Positions 63,675-64,000 of a DNA stretch of 64,000 nt are shown here, one piece after another (position 1 is the first letter of the stretch; every line of letters begins with the position of its first letter). A program made the position numbers and the translations under genes. The notes beneath the pieces are model-generated. The model was not told the DNA's origin and searched no databases. It saw nothing but the letters and a program-made list of their open reading frames with translations. The stretch covers positions 67,768,001 to 67,832,000 of the forward strand of contig NW_024704743.1 of NCBI RefSeq assembly GCF_018977255.1. Direction: 5' to 3'. The stretch is from Callorhinchus milii. Its lineage: Eukaryota.

Positions 63675-64000
63675 TAAATAAATCAATCCTAAGAAATGTC
63701 ACCTGCACAGAATTGGGATTTCATTTGTGTTAATATAAGAGGGTACTTGGAAAGATCAGGGAATTCAGATTACAGTGCACAGATTCACTGGATTCACAGA
63801 AACAAAATTGTGCCCTTTGTGTTTAGACCAAGGCTGCATGTGCAATACTTGCAGCTGGTGCTGTAGGGAATCAGTTCCACTGGGGTGGGGGGGGGGGGGG
63901 GGATGAGATGTGATTAAAAGCCTTTTTCTGGTTTTAAATAGAAACAATTAGCAAAATGCAATAATTTAACTTGTGATATAAAATTTAAAATATTCTATAA

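Noticed and set aside
63881..63902. G-tract as a functional G-quadruplex
   Set aside because: Simple homopolymer with no supporting context.
1..64000. CRISPR arrays, operons or prokaryotic defence systems
   Set aside because: The sequence is vertebrate; the repeated motifs are dispersed SINE and LINE tails, not regularly spaced repeat-spacer arrays.

Overview
This is AT-rich, repeat-dense vertebrate DNA. The repeat spectrum (DeuSINE/SacSINE1-like SINEs, a young tRNA-Ala-headed SINE, L2, CR1, Tx1 and a shark-type Penelope terminal repeat) suggests a cartilaginous fish, possibly a chimaera; this is inference. I found no intact protein-coding gene: the ORFs I can interpret are decayed L2, CR1 or Tx1 retrotransposon fragments or read-through of SINEs. 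The window looks like an intron or gene desert, with several repeat-free blocks that resemble conserved non-coding elements. The main observations are: (1) a modular SINE lineage with a tRNA-Ala-like head, a CORE-like segment, the 3' Deu domain and an L2-type tail, present as long, short and very young forms; (2) a minimal hammerhead ribozyme motif in a Penelope-like repeat; (3) a Tx1 LINE inserted with a 15-bp TSD into a SINE's tRNA head; (4) an 867-bp solo LTR with 8-bp terminal inverted repeats; (5) an unclassified repeat family with three copies; and (6) many short, locally templated direct and inverted duplications. Boundaries of old repeats are approximate, read by eye, and family names come from remembered consensus sequences rather than a search.
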